Assembly: GCA_963677495.2 (NCBI GenBank)
Contig: CAXXOU010000001.1
Coordinates: forward strand, 512,001-576,000
Length of the DNA: 64,000 bases
From: Candidatus Cloacimonadales bacterium
GTDB taxonomy: Bacteria > Cloacimonadota > Cloacimonadia > Cloacimonadales > JAFGVF01
Direction of reading: 5' to 3'
Shown here in pieces: positions 29,501 to 38,860 of this stretch; position 1 is the stretch's first letter, and each line of letters begins with the position of its first letter. A program made the position numbers and the translations under genes. Under the pieces are notes generated by a model. It searched no databases. It had not been told where the DNA came from and saw only the letters and a program-made list of their open reading frames with translations.

Positions 29501-29572
29501 ATCATCACAACCGACAAATAATAAAGCTGTCAAAAGGAGAAGAGCTGATAATATTAATTTATACTTATTCAT
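26522..29572 (-). CDS. Large lipoprotein with tandem invasin/intimin-like (Big_1) Ig domains
   Basis: Lipobox 'LFVG-C'; repeated 'D..G.PV.DGT...F.T..G' and 'TD..GVAT..F' motifs. Confidence 0.75.
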   Translation of the reverse strand: MNKYKLILSALLLLTALLFVGCDDRSPVEPSNEPANVMNIVRITTTADSIYLDGGRTFAEISVYVEDEDNDPVVGATVFFKKTLGKLIASSTTDEYGVATATFYDDNAHGDAIVTAYVTSPTVDDETTAVIVDEASINVKIVEVPDVSNIDIVISDPDNNNEVVTNPFVNDVVNVAVTAKDSQGEFVPDGTVLTFRTEKGFFENETGGALGDSVMVLTTNGAAELNLNTGSESGETNIYIRVGNYQQSQSFTIESLASIYQITDIIATPDEIYSDNNITFSNIRVVVEDDEGYAAAGVPVKFRTSVGRIIGQITTDSSGVATTSFWDDGHLDLDDPENNTATIEAVVRSYSEVNTDVIIAESMESVQVEILPVPPVDSVTLSALADEFRVAQTVVVTASAYYTNGEPVSDNTLITFETTLGSFEDSEENALGNAVVIATSNGTASVIFNTGLRSDVGSLSVSISGVQSASHDFVVKNGRPAVLEISSFIKEHDSEVYVDTTDTWHVNSPFDIEIQTKVKDAYNNMCPSAAVKFLTDLGTFESQDEEIIKNSDANGVAKVLFTPGLESGIANMTISANQDTLQAQYVFTVTSDDLYSIYFTTDNQIDINVAGTGGQESAILSVNLRDINGNLLNNPTTLYFWLRNIEVPEGANLNNENFGWNDDPVEVTSSGGIAQAAVNAGSESGILSVLVSTLPNHNTYASDAEAALDGAIYARKSNIVIHAGPPSIIEPFIGDFDTGDEMGGGIWRIIAGANVRDEWGNPVDYGTSVWFELDRPAFVDASIIAEAFVGNESSEEDSLAGVAFTTVTYHGSNTFDDITIIANTVGAGGEIVSGQNTLPLPLNAPQMEAVAMPGELEFWPQNADGTGYQWQSVATLCKVKISDGQGNPVNGAFVSASADRGVFVNVEVQSDSGDDWDGPDYGPKTLDSFVGINETANQGSDVYETTFWFNQDGDLEQGVSIFWWALNCYEIRPYDPQTATPGQTPAQLNFRLLGTAATTTAQVMVYNYSIDVMLPN

Positions 29573-29589
29573 ATCAAACCCCATTCAGT

Positions 29590-31002
29590 TTAGTTTTCTT
29601 CATCTTCGAACTTAATCAACTGTTTTCCCATTCTTTCGTCAATAACGATTTCTCTTTGATCTTCGTTTAAATCAACGATTCTAGGAGTGATTTCGATAAC
29701 GAGATCAGTATTGGTTACAACTTCGTCACGATGCTGGAAAAGTTTACCAATAAATGGAATGTCACCAAGTAAAGGAAGCTTGTTAGTTTTTTGGCTTAAG
29801 TTAGATGTTAATAAGCCACCAACAATGATTTTCTTTCCACTTGGAACTGTTACAGTTGAATTAATTTTTCTTACTTTTGATCTTGGTACATAACCACCAA
29901 CTAAGTCAATTACTGAACTTACTTCAGGGCTAAGTGTGGTAGTAATGTCACCATCTTTATTAACGGTTGGTTTTACTTTCAGCTTGATACCGACTTCTTC
30001 TTTTTCAACTTGAACTTCTTTGTCACTATTTAATACAACATAAGGAACTACTTCACCAATGTGTATGTCTGCTTCTTCACCATTAAGTGCTGTTAAGCGT
30101 GTATCAGTTAACATTTTTGCAGCATTGTTTTCCATTAACCAATCAATTGTCACATCGAAAGCATAAAGTTGACGGCTGAAGTGACCGAAATCATCCCAAC
30201 TTTCCATTCTTTCAAAATACTGCTCTTCTGGAAGAACTTCGAAAGTAGTAGGGTCACCATGTGGTAAGGCACCTGTTTCATCAGTATAACTGTAAGGTAA
30301 GCCTGTTCCATCAGCACCGCGTGTATCTTCGGCAAATATTGTTGTTAAGTGATTAAGTTTTGACCAATCGATACCATATTTCTTGGAATCTTCGATTGAA
30401 ACTTCAATCATTCTTACTCTAATTTCGATCTGTTGCTGTTCTGTGTCGAGTTCCTTAATTCTTTCGATGATTTCATTGAAAGTCTGAGGGTTACAACGTA
30501 CTAAAAGAGCATTCTGCCCTTCAACAGCAACGATTTCACCAGGCATATCTTTAAAAGCTGCCTGAATTTTAGCTGCTTCAACATAGTTTAAATAGATAGT
30601 GTAGCTTCTTTCACCAGCTTCTTCCTGGATCTTCTGCTTGTCACCAACTAAAAATGTGTTTTCGCCGATTACTCTGTAAGTAAGACCAACTGATTTTGAA
30701 ACAAGCTCAACAGCTTGTTCGATTGGAACATCTTTAAGATGTACTGTAATTTGAGAGAATTGATCGCCTTCACCAGGTTTTTCATCTCCCTTAGAATCTA
30801 CTGCCAACACGATGTTGCAACCACTCATTTTTGAAAGAGCAGTTAAAACAGATGACAGCGTTGCATCGTCTGTATCTATTGTAACTTTCTTATTAAGCAT
30901 TTCTGATTCAGTGAATGTTACTGCAAAGAGTGCACTAACACTGAGCATCAGGAAAGTTACCATCAAGATAATCATTTTACGAGAAAAAATCGAAAGTTTC
31001 AT
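29590..31002 (-). CDS. pilQ: Secretin (PilQ-like) with STN/N domains
   Basis: 'QIEIRVRMIEV', 'GIKLKVKPTV', 'IIVGGL', 'KLPLLGDIPFIGKLF', 'LVIEITPRIV'. Confidence 0.9.
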   Translation of the reverse strand: MKLSIFSRKMIILMVTFLMLSVSALFAVTFTESEMLNKKVTIDTDDATLSSVLTALSKMSGCNIVLAVDSKGDEKPGEGDQFSQITVHLKDVPIEQAVELVSKSVGLTYRVIGENTFLVGDKQKIQEEAGERSYTIYLNYVEAAKIQAAFKDMPGEIVAVEGQNALLVRCNPQTFNEIIERIKELDTEQQQIEIRVRMIEVSIEDSKKYGIDWSKLNHLTTIFAEDTRGADGTGLPYSYTDETGALPHGDPTTFEVLPEEQYFERMESWDDFGHFSRQLYAFDVTIDWLMENNAAKMLTDTRLTALNGEEADIHIGEVVPYVVLNSDKEVQVEKEEVGIKLKVKPTVNKDGDITTTLSPEVSSVIDLVGGYVPRSKVRKINSTVTVPSGKKIIVGGLLTSNLSQKTNKLPLLGDIPFIGKLFQHRDEVVTNTDLVIEITPRIVDLNEDQREIVIDERMGKQLIKFEDEEN

Positions 31003-31017
31003 AATTTCTCCTATTTT

Positions 31018-31554
31018 TTACCAGTTATATTCTTGTGCTTTATCTTCTTGGATTTCTACAGGTTTAGGTGGAATAGGTTGCTTAACCATCTCTTTGGTAG
31101 CTCCATTCTTTGTATAGATCACTTTACCATCAGTAATTTCAATGATCTTTCTTCCTTTAACCTCATCTCCAACGCCATAATAATGAGTCTGTCCATCGTG
31201 TGCAATAATAGCCATGCTATTACCATCTTCGTCAATTGAAGTTCCGGCTAAACGAACCATTCGTTTAACTTTGTCCTGCCAGATTTTAAGCTTATCACGC
31301 TTGTCCTGTACAATAAGATCCTGTTTAAGAGGGTCTTTCTTTACACTGAACTTGAAAAGTTTTCTATCTGAAATTGAACTTTCGATGGATTGGATCTGCG
31401 CCATTAATTCCCCATCAAGTTTTTGCTCTTTGTACTTTGAGTCTTTAGGGACTTCGTCTACTGTCTTATAGGAAGAGACATTTTTCACTGCGAATGCAAT
31501 CAGGATAACAAAAGTTAAGGTAATCGCAAAATCTTTTAAATATCTGAATTCCAT
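31018..31554 (-). CDS. PilP/GspC-like alignment subunit
   Basis: Position between pilO and pilQ; 'DP' motif followed by 'LAGT...AII...Y.VGDEV...IIEI'. Confidence 0.65.
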   Translation of the reverse strand: MEFRYLKDFAITLTFVILIAFAVKNVSSYKTVDEVPKDSKYKEQKLDGELMAQIQSIESSISDRKLFKFSVKKDPLKQDLIVQDKRDKLKIWQDKVKRMVRLAGTSIDEDGNSMAIIAHDGQTHYYGVGDEVKGRKIIEITDGKVIYTKNGATKEMVKQPIPPKPVEIQEDKAQEYNW

Positions 31555-32108
31555 TATGCCTCCTTGAGAACCTTAAAGACTGACAGTTCAATAGATACTG
31601 TATACATTGTAGCTTGACCTGCTACTTGAGCTTTATTTCTATCATACATTGGTTTCACTTCTAAGTAAGTAATTTTAATAATATGATCGAGACTTTCAAG
31701 TTTTGATAAGAATTTTCCCATCTGGATGTAGTCACACTGAAGCTCCATAGTGTAGTTCTGTTCTACTAAGTTAGCTCTTGTGAATACTTCCTTAGGGAAG
31801 ATATTTACAACAGATATTTTAAATCTATCTGCAAGCTCGGCTAAGTTTTTAACAAAAGCGTTTGTTTCTTCTGTCTTGAACTTCTTAGTTTTAGTTAAAC
31901 TATTCTGAATAATACGTGAGAATTCACTCAACTGTTCATTCATAATTTTAGCACTATTAAGTTTCTCTTGAGCAACTTTGATCTTCTTATCTACTCTTTT
32001 AATCTCTTTAAGCTCTTTGCTCAGCATTGAACTTCCTAAAGTAAAGAAACCGGCAGTAAATAGAGCAATAACGATAAGGAAAATAAGGTATTTTTGTCTC
32101 ATATTCAT
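31554..32108 (-). CDS. pilO: PilO
   Basis: N-terminal TM, coiled coil, 'Y.QMGKFLSKLESL..IIKI'; synteny. Confidence 0.8.
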   Translation of the reverse strand: MNMRQKYLIFLIVIALFTAGFFTLGSSMLSKELKEIKRVDKKIKVAQEKLNSAKIMNEQLSEFSRIIQNSLTKTKKFKTEETNAFVKNLAELADRFKISVVNIFPKEVFTRANLVEQNYTMELQCDYIQMGKFLSKLESLDHIIKITYLEVKPMYDRNKAQVAGQATMYTVSIELSVFKVLKEA

Positions 32109-32119
32109 AATGTTACTCC

Positions 32120-32710
32120 TTATCTCCTTCTACGTTTTGAGTATTTCTTGCCTACTGCATCAACTTGGAATCTGAGAATATCAGTATCCTTCTCTCTATC
32201 TCTGGTAGATTTTACAAATTTGATATCAGGGAAGTCAGTACTTATCTGCTTATTCTGCTTTAAGCTTGTAATGAATGAGTCAATTAAGTCGAATTCTTTT
32301 TCCTTTCTATCGATCTTTGTAAGACCATGAAGACTAAGAGTTCCTCTTTTAAATGAGAAATGAGTTATTGCAATACGCTTTTCTGTTTGCTCTGCTAATG
32401 CTACAAGTTTCTTTGCCCAGAAGACTCTTTCATTGAAGATACGAGCCAATCTGTCAAGGTCATTACTTGATAAATAATCACCACTGGTCTTGTAGGATTC
32501 TATCTGCTTGTTTATGTCTGATAACAGATCTTTTCTGTTTTGTACTTTCTGCTGTAAGTTTTTTTGTAAATATACAACAAAACCAAACATTATCAAACTT
32601 CCGATGATAAATATTAAGAGAAAAGTAGTGAATACTTTTTTCTCTGTTTCTTGCTGCAATCGTAACTCACCATACTTATTAAGGTTTATTTTGAAATAGA
32701 ATTGTTCCAT
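32120..32710 (-). CDS. pilN: PilN
   Basis: 'INL' motif, TM segment, coiled coil; follows pilM. Confidence 0.8.
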   Translation of the reverse strand: MEQFYFKINLNKYGELRLQQETEKKVFTTFLLIFIIGSLIMFGFVVYLQKNLQQKVQNRKDLLSDINKQIESYKTSGDYLSSNDLDRLARIFNERVFWAKKLVALAEQTEKRIAITHFSFKRGTLSLHGLTKIDRKEKEFDLIDSFITSLKQNKQISTDFPDIKFVKSTRDREKDTDILRFQVDAVGKKYSKRRRR

Positions 32711-32719
32711 TACTTCTCC

Positions 32720-33790
32720 TTATTCAGCTCTCATGGCAAGCCCGATAGCCAGACTTAACTGAGGATCCTGCTTATCCTTGAGCTTCTCAGGCATCTCTAA
32801 ACCTACAAATGGATCAAATACTTCTGTAGGAATATTAACCTTTGATTCGATATATTCAGGTAACCCAATCAGTTTTGAAGAACCACCCATTAAGACGATT
32901 TTACGATAGTCACTGTTACCAGCATCTTTCACGTAATATCTTAATGATCTTCTTAATTCTTCTACTATCTGCTCATGAGTAGATTTTTCTGAAATATCTA
33001 ACAAAGATATAGACTGAGAATCATCATTGGAATCACCTGATCCAATACCATTCTCGAATTTGTATTCTTCTGCTTCTTCAAATCCAAGATCTTTCTTTTT
33101 CATAATATCTTTAGTGAAGTTCATTCCACCAAGATTAATATCACGAGCAAAGAATTTTGATTTTGGACCGAAGATTACAAGATTAGTTCTGTGTGCACCA
33201 ATATTCAAGATAATATAGACTCCATCCTCTACCATTGTATTTAGGGCAAAACTGTTAGCTACAGCTAATGGATCTACATCCACCATATTAGCAGCTAAAC
33301 CTGCTTGTCCTAAAATATTGGTATGAGTTTGTACCATATCCTTAGTTGAAGCTGCTAACAATATATTCATATTATTAGTTTTCTCTTCAATATTAAGGAC
33401 TTGATAATCAAGCACCATCTCATTTCCTGAGATCGGAATATGTTTCTTTGCTTCGAAGAAAAGTGCTGATTCTAACTCTTCGTCAGGTAGGAATATTGTC
33501 TTAATCTGCTTAATACTGATATCGTCACCGCCGATAGAAGAAACTATATGTTTCATCTTTCTAGGCTTAATCTTTAAAGTTTTAAGCATTTCAGAAATTA
33601 CCGGTCCAAACCGGTCATTCCTTAAATCAGATAAGATATATTCAACCCCTAATGGGACTGTAGGTCTTATCTCATAGTTGAGAAGCTTAAAACCGTTATG
33701 GATTCTCTTGAGGTGTACCATTTTAACACTATGGCTACCGATATCAATTCCAAGAGATTCTTTAAATTTAACGGTTTTCTTTTTTTTCAT
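32720..33790 (-). CDS. pilM: PilM actin-like protein
   Basis: 'GIDIGSHSVK', 'DVDPLA', 'LNIGA', 'LMGGSS', 'AIGLA'. Confidence 0.92.
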   Translation of the reverse strand: MKKKKTVKFKESLGIDIGSHSVKMVHLKRIHNGFKLLNYEIRPTVPLGVEYILSDLRNDRFGPVISEMLKTLKIKPRKMKHIVSSIGGDDISIKQIKTIFLPDEELESALFFEAKKHIPISGNEMVLDYQVLNIEEKTNNMNILLAASTKDMVQTHTNILGQAGLAANMVDVDPLAVANSFALNTMVEDGVYIILNIGAHRTNLVIFGPKSKFFARDINLGGMNFTKDIMKKKDLGFEEAEEYKFENGIGSGDSNDDSQSISLLDISEKSTHEQIVEELRRSLRYYVKDAGNSDYRKIVLMGGSSKLIGLPEYIESKVNIPTEVFDPFVGLEMPEKLKDKQDPQLSLAIGLAMRAE

Positions 33791-33814
33791 ATTGCCTCTT
33801 TAATCTTAATTATA

Positions 33815-35782
33815 TTAGAATGATGAAGGAGGTCGCTTAAATCTAGCGGATTCAGCATCGTATGGGCTGAGACCTCTTTCTACATGAACACTAGGATAAT
33901 GTGGTGGTTGTACTTGCTCGAATCTAGTGTCGAACATGTACTCTTTGTCATATCCTTCGCCTGATGTTGGGCAATTTCCACCATACTGAGTAACTCCAAC
34001 ATTTTCCGGGTCGTTAAAAGCCCAGACATTCTGAGCACGATTAGCATTGTCATAGTTGGATCTATGAACATAACCGCGGCGACGTTGAGCTACTGAACCA
34101 AATAGATATATCGCTCCACGCTCTCCAGCCATAGAATTTGTTGTTCCATTTAACTCAGGATACAACGGATTATAGAATGGATAATCCAAGTTCCCAGGCC
34201 AATTGTTTTGTCCTGTTGTTGGTCCAAAAGGAATTATCTGACCATAATCTGTTGGTTGGTAACCAAGAGCTGGGATAAATGACATTCCTACTAAATCAGG
34301 ATATGGAATATGAACATCAGTAAATACTGTATCCAACTCCGGATCATAGATAGTAGGTAAACCACCTAATTGGGCGTAAATGACACTCGGATGTGTAGAT
34401 AAATGTGGATGCATGTATTCAAAAGTAAATACACCATCATAATTAGGATTTTCCTCATCTTCTCCAAGAGCACACAATGCAGCATAAATATAAATATCAT
34501 TACTGTTTGGATGTCTTCTTGGATACACACCATCTACTGGCCCTGCTGTTAAATCAGGCATACCATATTTGATAACTATGCTTTCCTCAGAAACGATTCC
34601 AACATAGTCAGTTCTATTCATATGCAGTGGATCATCAGGTGACTCGCCTTGACCTGTTCCACCAAGTAGTATACTACCTGCTAAGAACAAAGTATCTGAG
34701 CAAGCCCATGTCTGAGCCCCTGTAAATGTGCCTTCAAGCCAGAGCTGTGCACCGTCAATCATAACTGAACCACCGTTAGGACAGGTTACAGATAACGCTG
34801 ACCAGATTGTATCTTTATGCGTCATCAAGTTAACAGCAGTTCTATCTTTTACTAATGAATATGGCCAATCAGTTCCTTCGCTATCTGTCCACACATCAGG
34901 ATCAGGAACAAGATTTATTAGTGAGTCAATCCCACCATAAGTAATAGTTCCCATATAGCCTTCAGTGGAAGCACCTAAAGAATTGATATACAATATATCA
35001 CCAGATACATCTATAGTAGTACCAAATGCTCTAATTTCATCTGCTGATGGATTAAAAACAAGCTCACCGGCTTCCTCTTCGTATCCATCTCTGAAAATTT
35101 GATCCATCGGACCGGCACCATTATGCCAGTTAATAGTTCCGGAAGTTGATACATGACCAAAGAAACATGGCCAAGAACCATTATATTGGTTATTACCACC
35201 ATTCTGAATAGTAATGCTACTATTACTGTGAATTCTTCCGTAAATAACGTCATTTCCCCAAAATCTTACATCTGTATCATTTGTTGAAAGTTCGTTATCT
35301 GTAAAATAGTGATATCCTGCAAATGACATCTGTTCAAGATCCCATTCGCCATACTTTTGTATACTTGACTCATTCTTACTGGTGATGAATCCTGATAATG
35401 ATCCTCTTTTACCACGAACGAGACTTTGTACTACACTACCAGAAGCTACAGAGTTGTCTCCAGCATTATATTCTGCTTTGGGAACAAGCTTTGTCTTCAT
35501 ATAGTAGCTTCTACGCATGTTTTTTGAATTTAATTGAACTCTCCGTTCAGGGAAAGCCAATGTTCCTGCATAATTAACGCTTCTCTTAACATACAATCCT
35601 CTATCTAACTCTGATCTTAGAAGATGAAGTTCCTGTAAGGCATCATACTGTAATGAGTATGTAGCTGTATCCATGTTTGACATCACTGCCATTGCAATAC
35701 TAGAGAGTACTGCAATTATTGCAACAACAATCGCTAAGGATAAACTACCTTTCTGATTAGATGTAATTCTATTCATTTTCAC
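33815..35782 (-). CDS. Large PilX/GspK-like minor pilin
   Basis: Prepilin site QKG|SLSLA followed by a hydrophobic helix without Glu5; 'GRIHSN' and 'GYDKEY.FD.RF...PP.YP' C-terminus. Confidence 0.7.
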   Translation of the reverse strand: MKMNRITSNQKGSLSLAIVVAIIAVLSSIAMAVMSNMDTATYSLQYDALQELHLLRSELDRGLYVKRSVNYAGTLAFPERRVQLNSKNMRRSYYMKTKLVPKAEYNAGDNSVASGSVVQSLVRGKRGSLSGFITSKNESSIQKYGEWDLEQMSFAGYHYFTDNELSTNDTDVRFWGNDVIYGRIHSNSSITIQNGGNNQYNGSWPCFFGHVSTSGTINWHNGAGPMDQIFRDGYEEEAGELVFNPSADEIRAFGTTIDVSGDILYINSLGASTEGYMGTITYGGIDSLINLVPDPDVWTDSEGTDWPYSLVKDRTAVNLMTHKDTIWSALSVTCPNGGSVMIDGAQLWLEGTFTGAQTWACSDTLFLAGSILLGGTGQGESPDDPLHMNRTDYVGIVSEESIVIKYGMPDLTAGPVDGVYPRRHPNSNDIYIYAALCALGEDEENPNYDGVFTFEYMHPHLSTHPSVIYAQLGGLPTIYDPELDTVFTDVHIPYPDLVGMSFIPALGYQPTDYGQIIPFGPTTGQNNWPGNLDYPFYNPLYPELNGTTNSMAGERGAIYLFGSVAQRRRGYVHRSNYDNANRAQNVWAFNDPENVGVTQYGGNCPTSGEGYDKEYMFDTRFEQVQPPHYPSVHVERGLSPYDAESARFKRPPSSF

Positions 35783-35787
35783 TCCTT

Positions 35788-36435
35788 TTACTCAGCCCCA
35801 GAGCTACTTTCAGTTGTACTTTGTTTGTTAATTATCGTAGTCATAGTAGTCTTATATCTTACAGGGAATACTTTTCCTTTGTGCCTTAACTCGGCTTGTA
35901 GTTCAACATCTACCAGTCTACCCGGATTAATCTGATTAAGTCCGCTATTCACCTGATTAAGCATAGTAACGCTAAAATTAGTTACTGAAATTTTATCGTC
36001 ATACTTTGCTGGGAATAGAACAATCGGTGATGGAGGTCCTACTGATTGATAAAGGTATGTTCCCTTTATCTGGCCATCATCAAGATAATACTCGGAAAAG
36101 TCGAAATATCCACCCTGTTGAATTGAAGGTACTACTCTAACACCCCTTCCTTCAATATTGCTAAAACCTCTGGTTACTCTTAGTTCATTAGCACTAGCAA
36201 CACCATAGAAATAGGTTTCAGTGCCTGATCCAAGAGGTAATCCATATTTAACAGTATTAAGAGTGTTGAATGCTTCTTGATAGAGATAAGTCCGTAACCT
36301 GTATTCTTCATACTTATTGAAGAATGCAAGTATGGCCCAGATTGCACCAACAGCTACAACAACAGATAACATAACGGATGCCATTACCTCAGTAATAGTG
36401 TATCCATTTTCTGATTTAATATTATATCTTCTCAT
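35788..36435 (-). CDS. Minor pilin (PilW-like)
   Basis: Start corrected to MRRYNIKSENG|YTITEVMAS (class III signal, Tyr at +1). Confidence 0.8.
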   Translation of the reverse strand: MRRYNIKSENGYTITEVMASVMLSVVVAVGAIWAILAFFNKYEEYRLRTYLYQEAFNTLNTVKYGLPLGSGTETYFYGVASANELRVTRGFSNIEGRGVRVVPSIQQGGYFDFSEYYLDDGQIKGTYLYQSVGPPSPIVLFPAKYDDKISVTNFSVTMLNQVNSGLNQINPGRLVDVELQAELRHKGKVFPVRYKTTMTTIINKQSTTESSSGAE

Positions 36436-36445
36436 ATTATCCGTC

Positions 36446-36865
36446 CTAGTCTCTATAGAAATCTTCACGAAGAACGATTTCTCTCTGTTCGTCATCTGCG
36501 GGTTCCGTCCACTGAACACGAATCTCAATTGCTTTGTAAGGGATGTTTTGAAGAACGATATCCGGTGGAACAACGGCTAAATCTTCATACCACATTGTTC
36601 CATTGATTCTAATAGGTCCTTGATCGTCTATCAACACTGATTTAGACTGGAATGGTTGCAGCTGTTTTCCATAAGTATTATATGAAAATCTCTGCTTGTC
36701 AAGCTCACCGGCTGCATGCCAGAGAGCTACGCGATCATGATAGTTCCGAACTATCTGACGCTCAACATACACGATCCCAATGTAAAGTGCAATAGATGCG
36801 ATCACAACTATGATAGCAGAAGCTATTACTTCCGCAAGTGTAAAACCGTTTTCGTTCTTATACAT
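36446..36865 (-). CDS. Minor pilin (PilV-like)
   Basis: NENG|FTLAEVIAS prepilin motif; 'IEIRVQW' strand. Confidence 0.85.
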   Translation of the reverse strand: MYKNENGFTLAEVIASAIIVVIASIALYIGIVYVERQIVRNYHDRVALWHAAGELDKQRFSYNTYGKQLQPFQSKSVLIDDQGPIRINGTMWYEDLAVVPPDIVLQNIPYKAIEIRVQWTEPADDEQREIVLREDFYRD

Positions 36866-36876
36866 ATGTTTGTCTT

Positions 36877-37932
36877 TTAGAAGCCTACGCCTGTGGCGAA
36901 CATCTTCTTGTTATCAGCAAGCTGCTCTGCTAATTGACGGTCAACATGACCATTCATAACTAAGTTATACAGAGATTGATCTTTAGTCTGCATACCCTCT
37001 TTCGTTCCGGATTGAATAACAGATGGAATCTGATATGTCTTCTCTTCACGAATAAGGTTTCTTACAGCTGAATTTGCAATCATAATCTCTAAGGCAGGAA
37101 TACGACCTTTTCCATCTTTAGTTGGAAGAAGAGTCTGCGAAATAACTGCTTCAAGTGATTCTGAAAGCATAGATCTAACTTGTTGCTGCTGTTCTTTTGG
37201 GAACATATCAATGATACGGTCGATAGATTTTGTTGCACTACTTGTATGAAGAGTTGCAAACACAAGGTGACCGGTTTCAGCTGCTGTAAGCGCAAGTGAA
37301 ACTGTTTCAAGGTCACGCATCTCACCGACGAGAATTACATCCGGATCTTCACGAAGTGCTGAGCGAAGCGCAGCTGTGAATGACCATGTATCATGTCCTA
37401 ATTCCCTTTGGTTGATTAATGAGTTCTTACTTTTGTGTACAAACTCAATTGGATCTTCGATTGTAATAATATGACAAGCTTTCTTGTCATTAATGTGATC
37501 AATCATCGTTGCCAAAGTTGTTGACTTACCACTACCGGTTGGTCCTGTAACCAGGATTAATCCCTTTTCTTTGTAACAAAGTTTTCTCATTGACTCCGGA
37601 ATATGGAGTTCTTCGAAACCTTTGATTTCATTTGGGATAACACGGAAAGCAGCCGCCAATCCATTGATCTGATGGAATGCGTTTACACGGAATCTTACAT
37701 CATTAGAAAGCTTACATGAAAAGTCAAACTCAAGGTTCTTCTTAAACAAAGCTTTCTGAGCATCTGTCATTACTCCAAATATCAGATGAGCAATTTCCTC
37801 GTCTGATAATAAAGGAATGTTAAGACGCTTCATTAATCCGTTCACACGCACCATCGGATGTGAACCTGCACTAATGTGAAGGTCAGAAGCTCCGGCGTCA
37901 GATGTAAACTTCAATAATTCCTGAATCGTCAA
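36877..37932 (-). CDS. pilT: Retraction ATPase PilT
   Basis: 'ASDLHI', 'GPTGSGKSTT', 'SALREDPDVILVGEMRD', 'AVRNLIRE' (AIRNLIRE motif); TTG start with GGAGG RBS. Confidence 0.95.
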   Translation of the reverse strand: MTIQELLKFTSDAGASDLHISAGSHPMVRVNGLMKRLNIPLLSDEEIAHLIFGVMTDAQKALFKKNLEFDFSCKLSNDVRFRVNAFHQINGLAAAFRVIPNEIKGFEELHIPESMRKLCYKEKGLILVTGPTGSGKSTTLATMIDHINDKKACHIITIEDPIEFVHKSKNSLINQRELGHDTWSFTAALRSALREDPDVILVGEMRDLETVSLALTAAETGHLVFATLHTSSATKSIDRIIDMFPKEQQQQVRSMLSESLEAVISQTLLPTKDGKGRIPALEIMIANSAVRNLIREEKTYQIPSVIQSGTKEGMQTKDQSLYNLVMNGHVDRQLAEQLADNKKMFATGVGF

Positions 37933-37999
37933 TTTTTCCTCCAGTAGACACCCTAACTATGGGTATCCAAATTACTGTGAAATAGTCGCCTTAAAGCGA

Positions 38000-38431
38000 T
38001 TATTCTGCTCCGCCGGAATCGATGTCAGTCCACTCATCAATACCATAACCATGATAAGCAGCTTCATCTTCATCGTACCATACCTGCTTGCCTTCGCCTG
38101 CAGGGAAATCAGCTGTAGAAGTAGCAAGATACTTCTTAGGTGGGTTTCCAACTACTTCGAAATCCCAGTTTGTTTCTGTGCCTTTACCAAGTTTTGCTTC
38201 ATCCATTGCATCTTCAATTGTGAAGTCGTCTGTTGTTCCGTAGTTTTGTAATCTGATGTCATAAGCATTTCTGATAGCTCTTAAAGCTGTCTGAGCTTCT
38301 GTAGATCTTGATTTCTCAACATAGCGCATATAGCGTGGAACTGCAAACGCCGCAAGGATAGCAACGATGATAACAACAACAAGGATCTCGATAAGTGTAA
38401 ATCCTTTCTGATTCTTAAGGTAACGTGACAT
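38000..38431 (-). CDS. pilA: Major type IVa pilin
   Basis: QKG|FTLIEILVVVIIVAILAAFAVP; first gene of the cluster; hairpins follow its stop. Confidence 0.85.
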   Translation of the reverse strand: MSRYLKNQKGFTLIEILVVVIIVAILAAFAVPRYMRYVEKSRSTEAQTALRAIRNAYDIRLQNYGTTDDFTIEDAMDEAKLGKGTETNWDFEVVGNPPKKYLATSTADFPAGEGKQVWYDEDEAAYHGYGIDEWTDIDSGGAE

Positions 38432-38473
38432 GGGTTCCTCCTGTCTTTAGATTTTGATACGTTTTTTATGTTT

Positions 38474-38490
38474 TGCACATTTTATGCCAA
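38474..38490 (-). promoter_or_regulatory. sigma54 (-24/-12) promoter of pilA
   Basis: Minus strand TTGGCATAAAATGTGCA = GG-N10-GC, about 43 nt upstream of the ATG. Confidence 0.65.
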
Positions 38491-38860
38491 AAACACACTT
38501 TTTACGCAATATTTACATTTGGATAATAAAACAATACCGCTTATTGAAGTCAAATAAAAATTTGCTTTCTTTCACCTTTTGTCTTCTTCTAAATTCTTTA
38601 CTGCGTAATATGTAAATTTTTAGTTGGCTCAACATCATGCATTTACAGCTTTATTTGTTTTGTGCATTATTTTCGATAAGTTAAGCTTTCTGATTGAACA
38701 CTAAATAGTTAGCTAATAATATTGGAACAGCCCTTTTTCATACTCTTAACAAAGCATATTCTTACTTATATTTTGAGAAAAAGCTGCTGCAACACTATTA
38801 CTTTATTTTCACCTCCTTCACTTGTTAACTCTGTTACAAAAGCTGATTACGAAGTTGGCA

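Noticed and set aside
36436..36573. N-terminal extensions in the ORF track (e.g. 35788..36573; likewise 44202..45551 and 57426..57893)
   Set aside because: They overlap upstream genes or hairpins; downstream ATGs give proper prepilin, signal or zinc-finger N-termini
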